This document shows, piece by piece, positions 19,552-28,004 of a DNA stretch of 32,000 nucleotides. Every line of letters begins with the position of its first letter. Position 1 is the first letter of the stretch. The translations under genes and the position numbers were made by a program. The DNA is from Candidatus Heimdallarchaeota archaeon. Its GTDB lineage: Archaea > Asgardarchaeota > Heimdallarchaeia > Heimdallarchaeales > Kariarchaeaceae. The DNA is taken from NCBI GenBank assembly GCA_030149205.1, contig JASBSB010000001.1, positions 360,001 through 392,000 on the forward strand. Reading direction: 5' to 3'. Below the pieces are notes generated by a model. The model ran no database searches. It saw only the letters and a program-made list of their open reading frames with translations, and was not told the origin of the DNA.

Positions 19552-19704
19552 TTAAATTCAATCCTACTTGTCTGTTTTTCTTTAAATGTTTTGTGCATTT
19601 TCACACCAACTTAATCAATAATAGATTGTATTTTTCATTAGAGGCAATATAATATTTGCCAACCATAAGAAGAACCATTTATATATATTCTTTTTTTTGT
19701 TAAA

Positions 19705-20469
19705 TTGAACATGGACAAGGCGTCTCGCATCATTTTTTCAATTCTAAAGCTTCAAATGAAAAAAATTGCAATTGCTGGTCCCACAGGGGCAGGGAAAACC
19801 ACATTATTTAAATTGGTCTTTCCTTACAATGAGTACAACCTTAATGAGGTTGAAAGAAACATTACCAGGGAAGCTCTTTCAGAGATATCTATAACACAGA
19901 TTGAGGAGGATCAGTTTGAAAATTCGACAACTACTGTAAGTTTCAATGTAAGTAATGCAGTGGCATGTATTGACCTGGCTAATCGAATGAACATTTACGA
20001 GATGAAGAATGATCTAAATTTTCTCTTAGAAAATGATTTTGATTACATTCTTCCCATCCAAATTATTGATATTGCAGGTCAGGACAGGTTTAGATTCATG
20101 GTTGAAACCATGATAAGGGGATCTTCAGGAGTTATTTTTGTTGCAGATGGTACAAATGTATCCAGTATCAATAGACTTCCTGAATTTCGTGAAATTGTTC
20201 ATCAAGAAGAACTTCGAATTAACAGGAAAATTGAATCAATTGCCTTTGTAAACAAATCCGATATGGCAAAGAGAAATTTATATGTAGGAAGTGGCCCTGC
20301 GAGGTCAGCTCTTCCTGAAGATGTTGAGGTCTTTGAGACAACTATGTTTGATAAAGACACCTATCTCTATCCGATTAGAAAATTAATTGTCAAAATGTTT
20401 GAAAAACACCTTACAAGTGAAGACCTAAGAAATCATGTAAAGAAGATGTCTTCATTACAAAGAACTTAG
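19705..20469 (+). CDS. MglA/CvnD-like small GTPase with insertions around switch I
   Basis: G1 GPTGAGKT, 'STTTVSF' (compare TTTVAMDF), 'DIAGQDRFRFM...RGSSG' (compare GQxRFxFM...RGAxG), G4 NKSD. The true start may be Met3 or Met18. Confidence 0.8.
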   Translation: MNMDKASRIIFSILKLQMKKIAIAGPTGAGKTTLFKLVFPYNEYNLNEVERNITREALSEISITQIEEDQFENSTTTVSFNVSNAVACIDLANRMNIYEMKNDLNFLLENDFDYILPIQIIDIAGQDRFRFMVETMIRGSSGVIFVADGTNVSSINRLPEFREIVHQEELRINRKIESIAFVNKSDMAKRNLYVGSGPARSALPEDVEVFETTMFDKDTYLYPIRKLIVKMFEKHLTSEDLRNHVKKMSSLQRT

Positions 20470-21392
20470 GTAAAAAAGGATATCTCTCTTTGCATACGAC
20501 GAAGATACATGGGGTACTTATACGTCATTAGCACTTGCGAGACCAATGCAGCCTGATCTTTGAAATTTTCAGAAAGCCAGTTTTCTAATTCCTTCTCACC
20601 CAGCCTATCCGACAACAAGTACAAGTCTCTTAAGACATCCGTGATATAACTGTCCACGAATGGTCGAGAATATACCCGAGCACCATAGATTAATAATGAT
20701 TTTGCTGTGTAGTGGCCTATTCCTGGGATATCAACTAAATTTTTGAAACCTCTCTCCCAATCTGGATAGTAGGTATAGATTTCTATCTCCCTTAAATGAT
20801 TAAATACCTCGCCAACATATTCAAACCTTGTCGTAGAAAAATATTGTTTCCAGACATTCAAATCAATTTGAATAAGCTCGTCCTCGGTTGGAAACAAAAA
20901 ACGTCTGTCATTCCAAGGCAAAGGATGTCCATATTCACTTAATAATTTATATTGCTTTTGACGGTATTCGATCGGGTCTGAATTTTGTGAAAGAAGAACT
21001 AACACTAAAAGTTCCATAAAATTTGAGTTGGCGTAAAGCCTGAAGCCAGGAATACTAAATACCGCACGAGCAAACACTTGGTCTCTCTGAATTATTGGTT
21101 TAAGATCTGTAAACGTCTCTCTTATTCCTAGTTCGAAATCCAATCGCTTGTTTATTTCAGCTTTGTTTCTCTGGGTTAATGATTCTGTGGAAATTACGTC
21201 TACTGTGAGTTCTGTACTCAGGGCTTTGGTATGAGTAACTATAACTTGACAAATATTTCCAGACTCCAGCTGAAATACTCGATCCCAAATTTTTTGGTTA
21301 TAAGGTGAGGATACAAAGTAATAAGGTCTAATTAAGCCTAAATTTATTGGTATTTGTGTAGTAATTTTGTAGGAGATAGTGTCCATTCTCAA
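20466..21392 (-). CDS. HhH-GPD DNA glycosylase, AlkA (3-methyladenine glycosylase II)-like
   Basis: HhH 'LVDIPGIGHYTA' lacks the AP-lyase Lys of Ogg1/Nth; conserved Asp in 'PFVDSYI'; N-terminal alpha/beta domain. Confidence 0.85.
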   Translation of the reverse strand: MRMDTISYKITTQIPINLGLIRPYYFVSSPYNQKIWDRVFQLESGNICQVIVTHTKALSTELTVDVISTESLTQRNKAEINKRLDFELGIRETFTDLKPIIQRDQVFARAVFSIPGFRLYANSNFMELLVLVLLSQNSDPIEYRQKQYKLLSEYGHPLPWNDRRFLFPTEDELIQIDLNVWKQYFSTTRFEYVGEVFNHLREIEIYTYYPDWERGFKNLVDIPGIGHYTAKSLLIYGARVYSRPFVDSYITDVLRDLYLLSDRLGEKELENWLSENFKDQAALVSQVLMTYKYPMYLRRMQREISFFT

Positions 21393-22346
21393 TTATTTGG
21401 ATTTTTCTTTCTTTTTGTCCTCAGAAAACATACCTTGGTTTAACAGAAGTTTGAAGTCTTCAAATCCTAATTTTTCTCCGGACTCTATTTTTTTCTTGAT
21501 ATCAATTGCTCGTTCTTTTTCATTCCTCTTATTTTCTGCATCAATGAGCTCTCTTTCACGTCTTTTCTCCTTAGAGGTTTTCTCACCAATTTCTTTCCTG
21601 ATTCTATCTGCTTCTTTTGAGATTTCATTGATCTCATTTCTAATCTCTCTAATTTTCGTACTAATCTCTTGAATCTGTTGGTGTTCCTCATCAGCAATTT
21701 TCTTGATCTCAAAAGATTGTGCTTTCAATTCTAAAAACTTATTATGGTGATCCTGTGATTCCTGTGCAAGTTTGGTCAATTCCTTATGATATCCTCTTGC
21801 TGTACTGGAATGCATTCTTAGTTTCTCTCTTACAGCACGAATTTCATCTCTCTTTTCGTTTGCTACTGTTAACTGGTCGAGTTGTCTGTATAAATCTTCA
21901 ATTTCTGAAATTATCTCATTCTCTTCTTTGTTGTCTAGATTAGGTGAAATTTCTAGCTTGTTTTCAAGTTCATCTATACGTCTGCTGAGATATTTTGTTT
22001 TTCGATAACTATTGTTTGAACCTTTGGTTTCTCCTAGAGCTTCTTCAAGTTTGTCTAACTCAGCTTTTGCCTTAGCCACATCTTCCTTAGCCAGATCTCT
22101 CAAAGCTTTTTTTAGTTGGACCTCTTCGTTAATTTTGTCCCTTTCATCAAGATGTGTTCGAGCCTCTTTGTAATGGTCTCTAAACTCCTTGTTATGACCG
22201 TCTCTTTTCTCACGAAATTCGTTTCGTTCCTGTTCGAACTTTCTGACCTCAGTTATGAGGTTTTTCCGTTGATTACGTAACTCGTTGAGAGTCTCACGTT
22301 TTTCTTTCAAATCAGTTTTGTCCATTGTAACCGACAAATATTTCAC
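21393..22346 (-). CDS. Conserved archaeal coiled-coil protein (COG1340-type)
   Basis: E/K/R-rich heptads with the characteristic C-terminus 'AIDIKKKIESGEKLGFEDFKLL'. The start may be ATG 22325. Confidence 0.8.
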   Translation of the reverse strand: MKYLSVTMDKTDLKEKRETLNELRNQRKNLITEVRKFEQERNEFREKRDGHNKEFRDHYKEARTHLDERDKINEEVQLKKALRDLAKEDVAKAKAELDKLEEALGETKGSNNSYRKTKYLSRRIDELENKLEISPNLDNKEENEIISEIEDLYRQLDQLTVANEKRDEIRAVREKLRMHSSTARGYHKELTKLAQESQDHHNKFLELKAQSFEIKKIADEEHQQIQEISTKIREIRNEINEISKEADRIRKEIGEKTSKEKRRERELIDAENKRNEKERAIDIKKKIESGEKLGFEDFKLLLNQGMFSEDKKKEKSK

Positions 22347-22483
22347 CTATAATAAATACAAGAGAGACCAGAGTATAAATACCTTAAAGAAGATGGTCAC
22401 TCAATTTTAGATACGTACTTTTCTATAATTCAATGATTATAAATAAGTCGATAGTTCACAATACAGTTTTTAGAATGTGTTGT

Positions 22484-23785
22484 TTAAGGAGATATTCTGT
22501 TGATTGTACGAGGATATAATGTGGTGTCTCTGATATGTTCAAGATTCAGAACCCATTGAACAAATCTTTCCAATCCTAGTCCAAATCCACTATGTGGAAC
22601 TGAACCATACCGTCTTAGGTCAAGATACCAATAATAGTCATCTTGATCCACCGGTGGATCCATTTTGTTCATTCGATCTTTCATGCTCTCTAAATCAGTT
22701 TCTCGTTCACCACAACCAATAACCTCACCTAGGTTTGGAAAAATAAAATCAGCAGAATTTGTAACTTCTGGTTTTTCTAAGTTGATTTTGTGGTAGAAAG
22801 GTTTCATACTGACAGGAAACTGTTCTAATATTATCGGAACACCAAAATGGTTAACCAATTCCCTCTCAGGGGCATCAGATATATCTTCTCCAAATTTAAC
22901 AGTAATTCCTTTCATCTGTAAAATTTCGAGCGCCTCTGAATACGAAACCCTTGGAAATGGTTTTTGTGGGACTTTTAAGTCAATCTCAAAAAAATCTAAT
23001 ATCTCTTGATCATTCTGTTTAACTTTATTTAAAACAAAAATTATAAGATCCTCCAAGTATTCCTTAAGACCTGCAAAATCCATAAATGCATACTCCCCTT
23101 CAATATGTGTGTATTCAGTCAAATGTCTTCTTGTTCTACTTTTCTCAGCTCTAAATGAGGGTAAGATACAAAATACGTCACGCAATGAAAAAATCGCCGT
23201 CTCTAAATATAGTTGTGATGATTGTGTAAGGTAGGCTTTGTCTTTAAAATATTTAATTTCAAACAGTTCTGAACCTCCTTCAGCTTGAGCTTCTACAATT
23301 GTTGGAGGTGTTACCTCTTCAGCATTTCTTGAATAAAAAAACTCTCTAAAATATTGGACGATATGTGACCTTAATCTTAGAATTGCTGAGGTTTTTGGTC
23401 CTCTAATGACCAAGTGTCTCTTGTTCAGTTGTGTTTCAATTCCAGCTCCCTCAGGCAATAGTTGATCGTAATCCTCAGTTGATGTGTCAAATATCTCGAG
23501 CTCGACCACTGACATTTCCATGTTATATTTAGCCCGGGGGTCTTCTTTCACTTTACCTGTGGCTTTTAATGATGCTCCTCTGTATAGATTTTTTAATGAG
23601 TCAAAATGAGGGCTTTTTAATGAATTCTTTTTTATGGTGAGTTGTAAAGTTTTGAAGGTGCTACCATCAAAAAACTCAATGAAAATCAATTTTCCCTGTG
23701 TTCTCTTCTGCCAGATCCAACCTTCAACACAGACTTCTCTTCCAAAATTTTCTGGAACATCATTTATTCTAACAATTGTGACCAC
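22484..23785 (-). CDS. asnS: Asparagine--tRNA ligase
   Basis: OB-fold anticodon domain, motif 2 'FRAEKSRTRRHLTEY', motif 3 'LRRYGSVPHSGFGLGLER' (AsnRS-type rather than AspRS). GTG start. Confidence 0.95.
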   Translation of the reverse strand: MVTIVRINDVPENFGREVCVEGWIWQKRTQGKLIFIEFFDGSTFKTLQLTIKKNSLKSPHFDSLKNLYRGASLKATGKVKEDPRAKYNMEMSVVELEIFDTSTEDYDQLLPEGAGIETQLNKRHLVIRGPKTSAILRLRSHIVQYFREFFYSRNAEEVTPPTIVEAQAEGGSELFEIKYFKDKAYLTQSSQLYLETAIFSLRDVFCILPSFRAEKSRTRRHLTEYTHIEGEYAFMDFAGLKEYLEDLIIFVLNKVKQNDQEILDFFEIDLKVPQKPFPRVSYSEALEILQMKGITVKFGEDISDAPERELVNHFGVPIILEQFPVSMKPFYHKINLEKPEVTNSADFIFPNLGEVIGCGERETDLESMKDRMNKMDPPVDQDDYYWYLDLRRYGSVPHSGFGLGLERFVQWVLNLEHIRDTTLYPRTINRISP

Positions 23786-23816
23786 TGTAAATCATTCTAG
23801 TTATAATTTTCTTTTT

Positions 23817-23825
23817 AAAAAAAAA
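23817..23825 (-). terminator. Oligo-T (T9) archaeal-type terminator candidate downstream of the DPM2-like gene
   Basis: A9 run on the + strand, 10 nt after the stop at 23836. Confidence 0.35.
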
Positions 23826-23835
23826 TTGTTGTCGA

Positions 23836-24132
23836 TTACGATGTTTCTGCGGATTCAGTTTCAACTTCTTCTGTTGCTTTCTGTAAATCTTCCTCTGTCC
23901 ATTCAACTGGTGGAGGAGTGGTAATAAGGGTAAGACCAATCCATCCCATTATTCCAAACACAACCAGAATCATCAGAAACACTGGGATTGTAATAGCATA
24001 CATGAACACCACATCATTTAATTTTGATGGAAACATGGCAGGATATGCTAGTAGATAATAGATTTCAAAGATTATTGCAAAAAGACTGATGAGGGAAATG
24101 ATTACACCAATTAACTTATCTGTGCTTGCCAT
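23836..24132 (-). CDS. Two-TM small membrane protein resembling eukaryotic DPM2
   Basis: 98 aa. 'TDKLIG...SL...YP...YAITIP' has the same spacing as human DPM2 recalled from memory. Followed by TPPP and an acidic tail. Confidence 0.65.
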   Translation of the reverse strand: MASTDKLIGVIISLISLFAIIFEIYYLLAYPAMFPSKLNDVVFMYAITIPVFLMILVVFGIMGWIGLTLITTPPPVEWTEEDLQKATEEVETESAETS

Positions 24133-24150
24133 TGATTCTAAATCATAGAT

Positions 24151-24168
24151 AGGTTAAATAACCTTTCG
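24151..24168 (-). promoter_or_regulatory. BRE-TATA promoter candidate for the DPM2-like gene
   Basis: Minus strand reads CGAAAgg-TTATTTAA, 21 nt before the ATG. The TATA lies within the inverted repeat AGGTTA-N2-TAACCT. Confidence 0.45.
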
Positions 24169-24198
24169 TCAATTTCTTTCGTAAATTGTCAAAGATTT

Positions 24199-25524
24199 TT
24201 AAGAATCCATGATTTCCAAGATTGTATCTACACATCTTATTATAAGTTCTGAACCATCAATGTGAGGCACACTGTTTTTCGAACAATATTCTATTAAACG
24301 AGTTGTATTATTAACCAAGGGGATATCTATTATTAAACTCACTTTATCCAGATATTTTTTTGGAACTGGCAAGATATTTGGGAGATCACCTTCTCCGAAT
24401 GGAACACAATTAAATATCAAATCAAAATCTATGGACTCACTTGGATCTATTGGCTCTACTTTAGGAAAAAAGGAATTAATCACTTCGATTTTTTGAAAGT
24501 TTCGATTTCTTACTCTAATCAAAGATGATCCGGGGTAGGAAACTGCAACCAGAGATGAAACGACAGAATTAAGACCCTCGATATACACATTAAAGAATTT
24601 CTCAAGAGAGTATTCTTTAAGGATTTTTTGAAAGGTTAGATAATAGATATCATAAGCCTTCCAAACTCCTCCTATATGTCTAATGAGACTAATATTTTTT
24701 GAGATGCTTACTGAGCTATCAAATTCTTCTACAAAAGGATATAATTCCGATTGAAATGGAGGAAAAACGAACAAACTGTTAATATACGTAGATTTAAACA
24801 CAGGAAATGCACGTGTAAATTCAATGATATTATTCAATTCTAGGACAGTAAACTTAATGGAATCACCATTTAGAACATCAAATACTTTTACTGCTTGAAT
24901 TTTTTGTCCTTTTCGTGTGAGAACCAATGTATTAAGGTTATATACTGATAAGTCCTCTCTTTGATCCGAAAAGAAATTGTTTAGATCATCTCCACAAAAC
25001 AAGGAGAAGATTTCTTTTAAATCACCTTCCACAAATATATGGTAATCTTGGTTTGTACTATTGAGCTTTTTTACCCAATTATAAATTTCAAGAAGGTCAG
25101 TTATTGAGTTAGGGTGAACTATTATCTTTGCTACGAAAGTCCCAAGTGATTTCTTCAAATCGATTATACTCTCAAAATCTATTTTTGCTATACCCTCATA
25201 ATCTACAAAGACAACGATTGGTATCGACCCATTTTCTAAAAGGGTCATAGAAAGTAAATCATAAGGGTACAGAAACTCAATGTAGTGGGGATGCAAGTCA
25301 ACGATCTTCTTCAAAAGTCTGATACGCATATCTAAAGAGCCAAATTCTGACCAATAAGGTAGTGTCAATAAATATTTTTGATTAGTCTTTTCGTTGATTT
25401 CATTTAACAATCCACTGGAGAGGACGAACTCATTAACCTCAAACCTTTTAATTTTATTAGAGTCAAAGGACGATGATAAAAAATCCTGAATATTATCAAA
25501 ATTGATAATCTCGGGTTTCTTCAT
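24199..25524 (-). CDS. Degenerate type I 3-dehydroquinase / shikimate dehydrogenase (AroD-AroE) fusion-like protein
   Basis: N-half 'GTFVAKIIVHPNSITDLLEI' matches AroD GADIPKIAVMPQS. C-half 'VRNRNFQK', 'DLIFNCVPFG' and 'TTRLIEYCSKNSVPHIDGSEL' match the AroE Rossmann domain. Most catalytic residues are substituted. Confidence 0.7.
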   Translation of the reverse strand: MKKPEIINFDNIQDFLSSSFDSNKIKRFEVNEFVLSSGLLNEINEKTNQKYLLTLPYWSEFGSLDMRIRLLKKIVDLHPHYIEFLYPYDLLSMTLLENGSIPIVVFVDYEGIAKIDFESIIDLKKSLGTFVAKIIVHPNSITDLLEIYNWVKKLNSTNQDYHIFVEGDLKEIFSLFCGDDLNNFFSDQREDLSVYNLNTLVLTRKGQKIQAVKVFDVLNGDSIKFTVLELNNIIEFTRAFPVFKSTYINSLFVFPPFQSELYPFVEEFDSSVSISKNISLIRHIGGVWKAYDIYYLTFQKILKEYSLEKFFNVYIEGLNSVVSSLVAVSYPGSSLIRVRNRNFQKIEVINSFFPKVEPIDPSESIDFDLIFNCVPFGEGDLPNILPVPKKYLDKVSLIIDIPLVNNTTRLIEYCSKNSVPHIDGSELIIRCVDTILEIMDS

Positions 25525-25622
25525 CTAAAATATCAAAGTATTGGTTATATTTAATTATTATTACCGGTTCAAATATATCTTGCAAGTGTACAATACTGTT
25601 TTTAAATCTCCTTTTCTCCAAA

Positions 25623-26438
25623 TTAGATCTGAATTAACTGCAAGAATGGAATTAAAATTGAACCCCAAAGTAACCATATAACATAGGCTAACCAGAAGTA
25701 AACAATTCCTGGTATCTGAGCTCTCACCCAAACAAATTCTCTCTTGGTTAGAATTGAGGATGAATGAACGCTCTGTCTTAGTTCCTTCTCTTTTTGCTCT
25801 AATACTTCATCTTCCTCATTATACACAAACAATTGCTTTGTAGAAACCCATTCATTGTCTACAAATTCTTCTGCGGGATCTAGAAAACTGGTTGAAGAAA
25901 GCTTTTTTGGATCTACTTGAAATGCTGTTACTAAAAATGTGATTTTCGTAAAAATTGAGAGCCGGTGTTCGTTTATGAACCACTTTCTGAATTTAAAATA
26001 ATTGAATATATTCAATATAAAAATAGGAACAATTGTTAAAACTAAGCCAAAAATAAAATTTGCAAGGATCAGGAAAAGTGGAATCAAGGCAAAGGCTAGA
26101 GGAATTGTCATTGGGATAAAAGAGAAAATTACTGGGCTAGAGAAACTCAGAGCAATTAATGCTTTTGAATCACCACCACCCCATATACCCATGGAATAAA
26201 ATAAGAATCCAAGAATAAGACCTGAGGCAAAATTAATTAGAATCCCAAAAAGTTCTAAAAAAGAGTAGGGTTGTAGAATCCCACAGACTGTAACCACCAG
26301 TAATCCTGAAATTCCTTGAGTTAACCACACCAGATTACTAGTGTAGCGGGTTTTGATATCTTGATAGGCCCCTATTGATAACGCGACTAAAGTAATAATA
26401 ACTAAAATAAATTGACAGCTAAGATCCATGAATTGCAC
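25623..26438 (-). CDS. A24 family prepilin/preflagellin peptidase (FlaK/PibD-like)
   Basis: Catalytic Asp motifs 'AYQDIKTR' and 'GIWGGGDSKAL', FlaK-type C-terminal 'VWVRAQIP', multiple TMs. The start may be ATG 26429. Confidence 0.88.
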   Translation of the reverse strand: MQFMDLSCQFILVIITLVALSIGAYQDIKTRYTSNLVWLTQGISGLLVVTVCGILQPYSFLELFGILINFASGLILGFLFYSMGIWGGGDSKALIALSFSSPVIFSFIPMTIPLAFALIPLFLILANFIFGLVLTIVPIFILNIFNYFKFRKWFINEHRLSIFTKITFLVTAFQVDPKKLSSTSFLDPAEEFVDNEWVSTKQLFVYNEEDEVLEQKEKELRQSVHSSSILTKREFVWVRAQIPGIVYFWLAYVIWLLWGSILIPFLQLIQI

Positions 26439-26444
26439 TTTTCC

Positions 26445-27923
26445 TTATCGTGTATAGAAAATTTGAGAATTAATTTTATGAAGTGTTTTTAACACCTCAC
26501 ATGTTATTGCTATATCATTGTTCCATGAACCATTACTTTCTTGCTGTGCTCCAAGAAAATATACAGCATATTTCACAACATCTCTCTCGACTGAATCATT
26601 ATGGATTACACTCCTTAAACAAAGTGCAGTAGCATAGACAGAATTATCCCAGCCTCCTTCAATTCCTTGTTGGTTTCTAATGTACTCCTTCACCTTTTCT
26701 AACCTGGTCTCGATTCTCAATTCTGTGTCTGAAAAGCTCGGTAGGTCAAATGCAAAACCTTCATCTTTACTTGGCTTAATTTCTACTATTGGCTCGTTAT
26801 CTGTAGTCATCTCGATTAATGAGTTAAACAATAAGCCCAAAAATAGGTTTGAGATATTTTCTTCTTGAGCAGTTACATTAAATCTGGTGATAGAGCGATT
26901 CAAAACAATATTAAATGTGTTTGCGATAATATCCGCCAGAAGTTGTGCTGGTTCCATTTGACCTAATAATTTGTAGATAGGTCCAAGAACGGGAATGTAG
27001 GGAAGTTTTCCTGAGGCAAGAAATTCTTTGGATTGAATTTCATTTACAAAATCCCACTCGCTAAAATCAAACATTAATTTGGTAATTTCAGCCAGCTGTT
27101 CGTCATTAAAAGCAGCATTCTTAGGATCTACATTCAAAATGAAAAGCAATGGAATTAGTTTCTCGTATGTTGGTTCAATATCTATTTTCTCAATAACATC
27201 TAACACTAGATAGTAGATCTGCTCAAATGTTCGTGTTTCCTGTTCTCCGTTAACAATCTGAGTCCATGAGTAGCTGAGCGGTTTTTTCAAATCCACAAAA
27301 AGTCTACCTACCTCAGATGTTTCATAAAGAGGGTTTTTCTCACCCCAAGTACCAGATGTATCTTGCTTGCTGAACAGCCACTTTTCAGCCCTCTGGATCA
27401 ACTCATCAATTTTCAAATCTGACAAAGGTATTCTCTTAAGCTCTTCTTTAATGTCTTTGAACTGACTGATGAGGTGGGTAGTTTCACTTTTACTTTGGGA
27501 ATTAAGCAGAAAATATCCGGCAGCAATAACCGTGGACATGATATTAACAAAATAAAGTAATGATAACAATTCGAGATTTTGAGTGTTATTTGTTTGAAGT
27601 CCAATACTAAATAGAAATGTACTTACTGCCCCTGTAAGTAATAAAATTGCTACAACCCTGTTTTTTATTGAAAAAAACATCCCAAACTTAAAAAATTCAT
27701 CTAGGAAGGTTAACAATAATAAGATTATTACAAAATATTCAAAGTAAAGTGCATAAAATGGCAATCCAACCAACTCACCCTTGCTTCCCAAAGAATTAAC
27801 CATTGATTGAGTTATTACCAGATTAAACCCCACTGTAACAACAAGATAAATTATTTCTAGACTCTCTATAGTCCGTTTTCTTGAATAATTTAAGACTTTG
27901 CTATAGCTTTCGTTACCACTCAT
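26445..27923 (-). CDS. Membrane-anchored protein with prenyltransferase/squalene-cyclase-like QW repeats
   Basis: About 4 N-terminal TMs, then repeats 'WLFSKQDTSGTW' (W193), 'YIRNQQGIEGGW' (W425) and 'FLGAQQESNGSW' (W467). Confidence 0.7.
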   Translation of the reverse strand: MSGNESYSKVLNYSRKRTIESLEIIYLVVTVGFNLVITQSMVNSLGSKGELVGLPFYALYFEYFVIILLLLTFLDEFFKFGMFFSIKNRVVAILLLTGAVSTFLFSIGLQTNNTQNLELLSLLYFVNIMSTVIAAGYFLLNSQSKSETTHLISQFKDIKEELKRIPLSDLKIDELIQRAEKWLFSKQDTSGTWGEKNPLYETSEVGRLFVDLKKPLSYSWTQIVNGEQETRTFEQIYYLVLDVIEKIDIEPTYEKLIPLLFILNVDPKNAAFNDEQLAEITKLMFDFSEWDFVNEIQSKEFLASGKLPYIPVLGPIYKLLGQMEPAQLLADIIANTFNIVLNRSITRFNVTAQEENISNLFLGLLFNSLIEMTTDNEPIVEIKPSKDEGFAFDLPSFSDTELRIETRLEKVKEYIRNQQGIEGGWDNSVYATALCLRSVIHNDSVERDVVKYAVYFLGAQQESNGSWNNDIAITCEVLKTLHKINSQIFYTR

Positions 27924-28004
27924 GGATATCTTAAGTATAGGTTCTCCTTAGAACTTAAAAAAATATGCTGATAAAACGCTTATATTGTAAAGTTTCAAAA
28001 ATAT

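Noticed and set aside
18208-19555. Track ORFs 18208..18447 (-), 19103..19324 (+) and 19370..19555 (+)
   Set aside because: Antisense shadows of the thiolase and the Rab-like GTPase.
20466-21392. Glycosylase as Ogg1 or endonuclease III
   Set aside because: No catalytic Lys after the HhH hairpin (GIGHYTA) and no Fe-S Cys motif, so AlkA-type fits better.
21379-21943. Track ORFs 21379..21672 (+), 21485..21712 (-) and 21719..21943 (-)
   Set aside because: Shadow or alternate frames of the coiled-coil gene, explained by its codon bias.
21393-22346. Coiled-coil protein as SMC, tropomyosin, or 'phosphoserine phosphatase'
   Set aside because: No ATPase or HAD motifs; the C-terminus matches the common archaeal COG1340-type family.
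18985-27923. Idea that the QW-repeat protein prenylates the nearby GTPases
   Set aside because: Neither GTPase has a C-terminal Cys/CAAX/CC motif, and no prenyltransferase metal site is evident.
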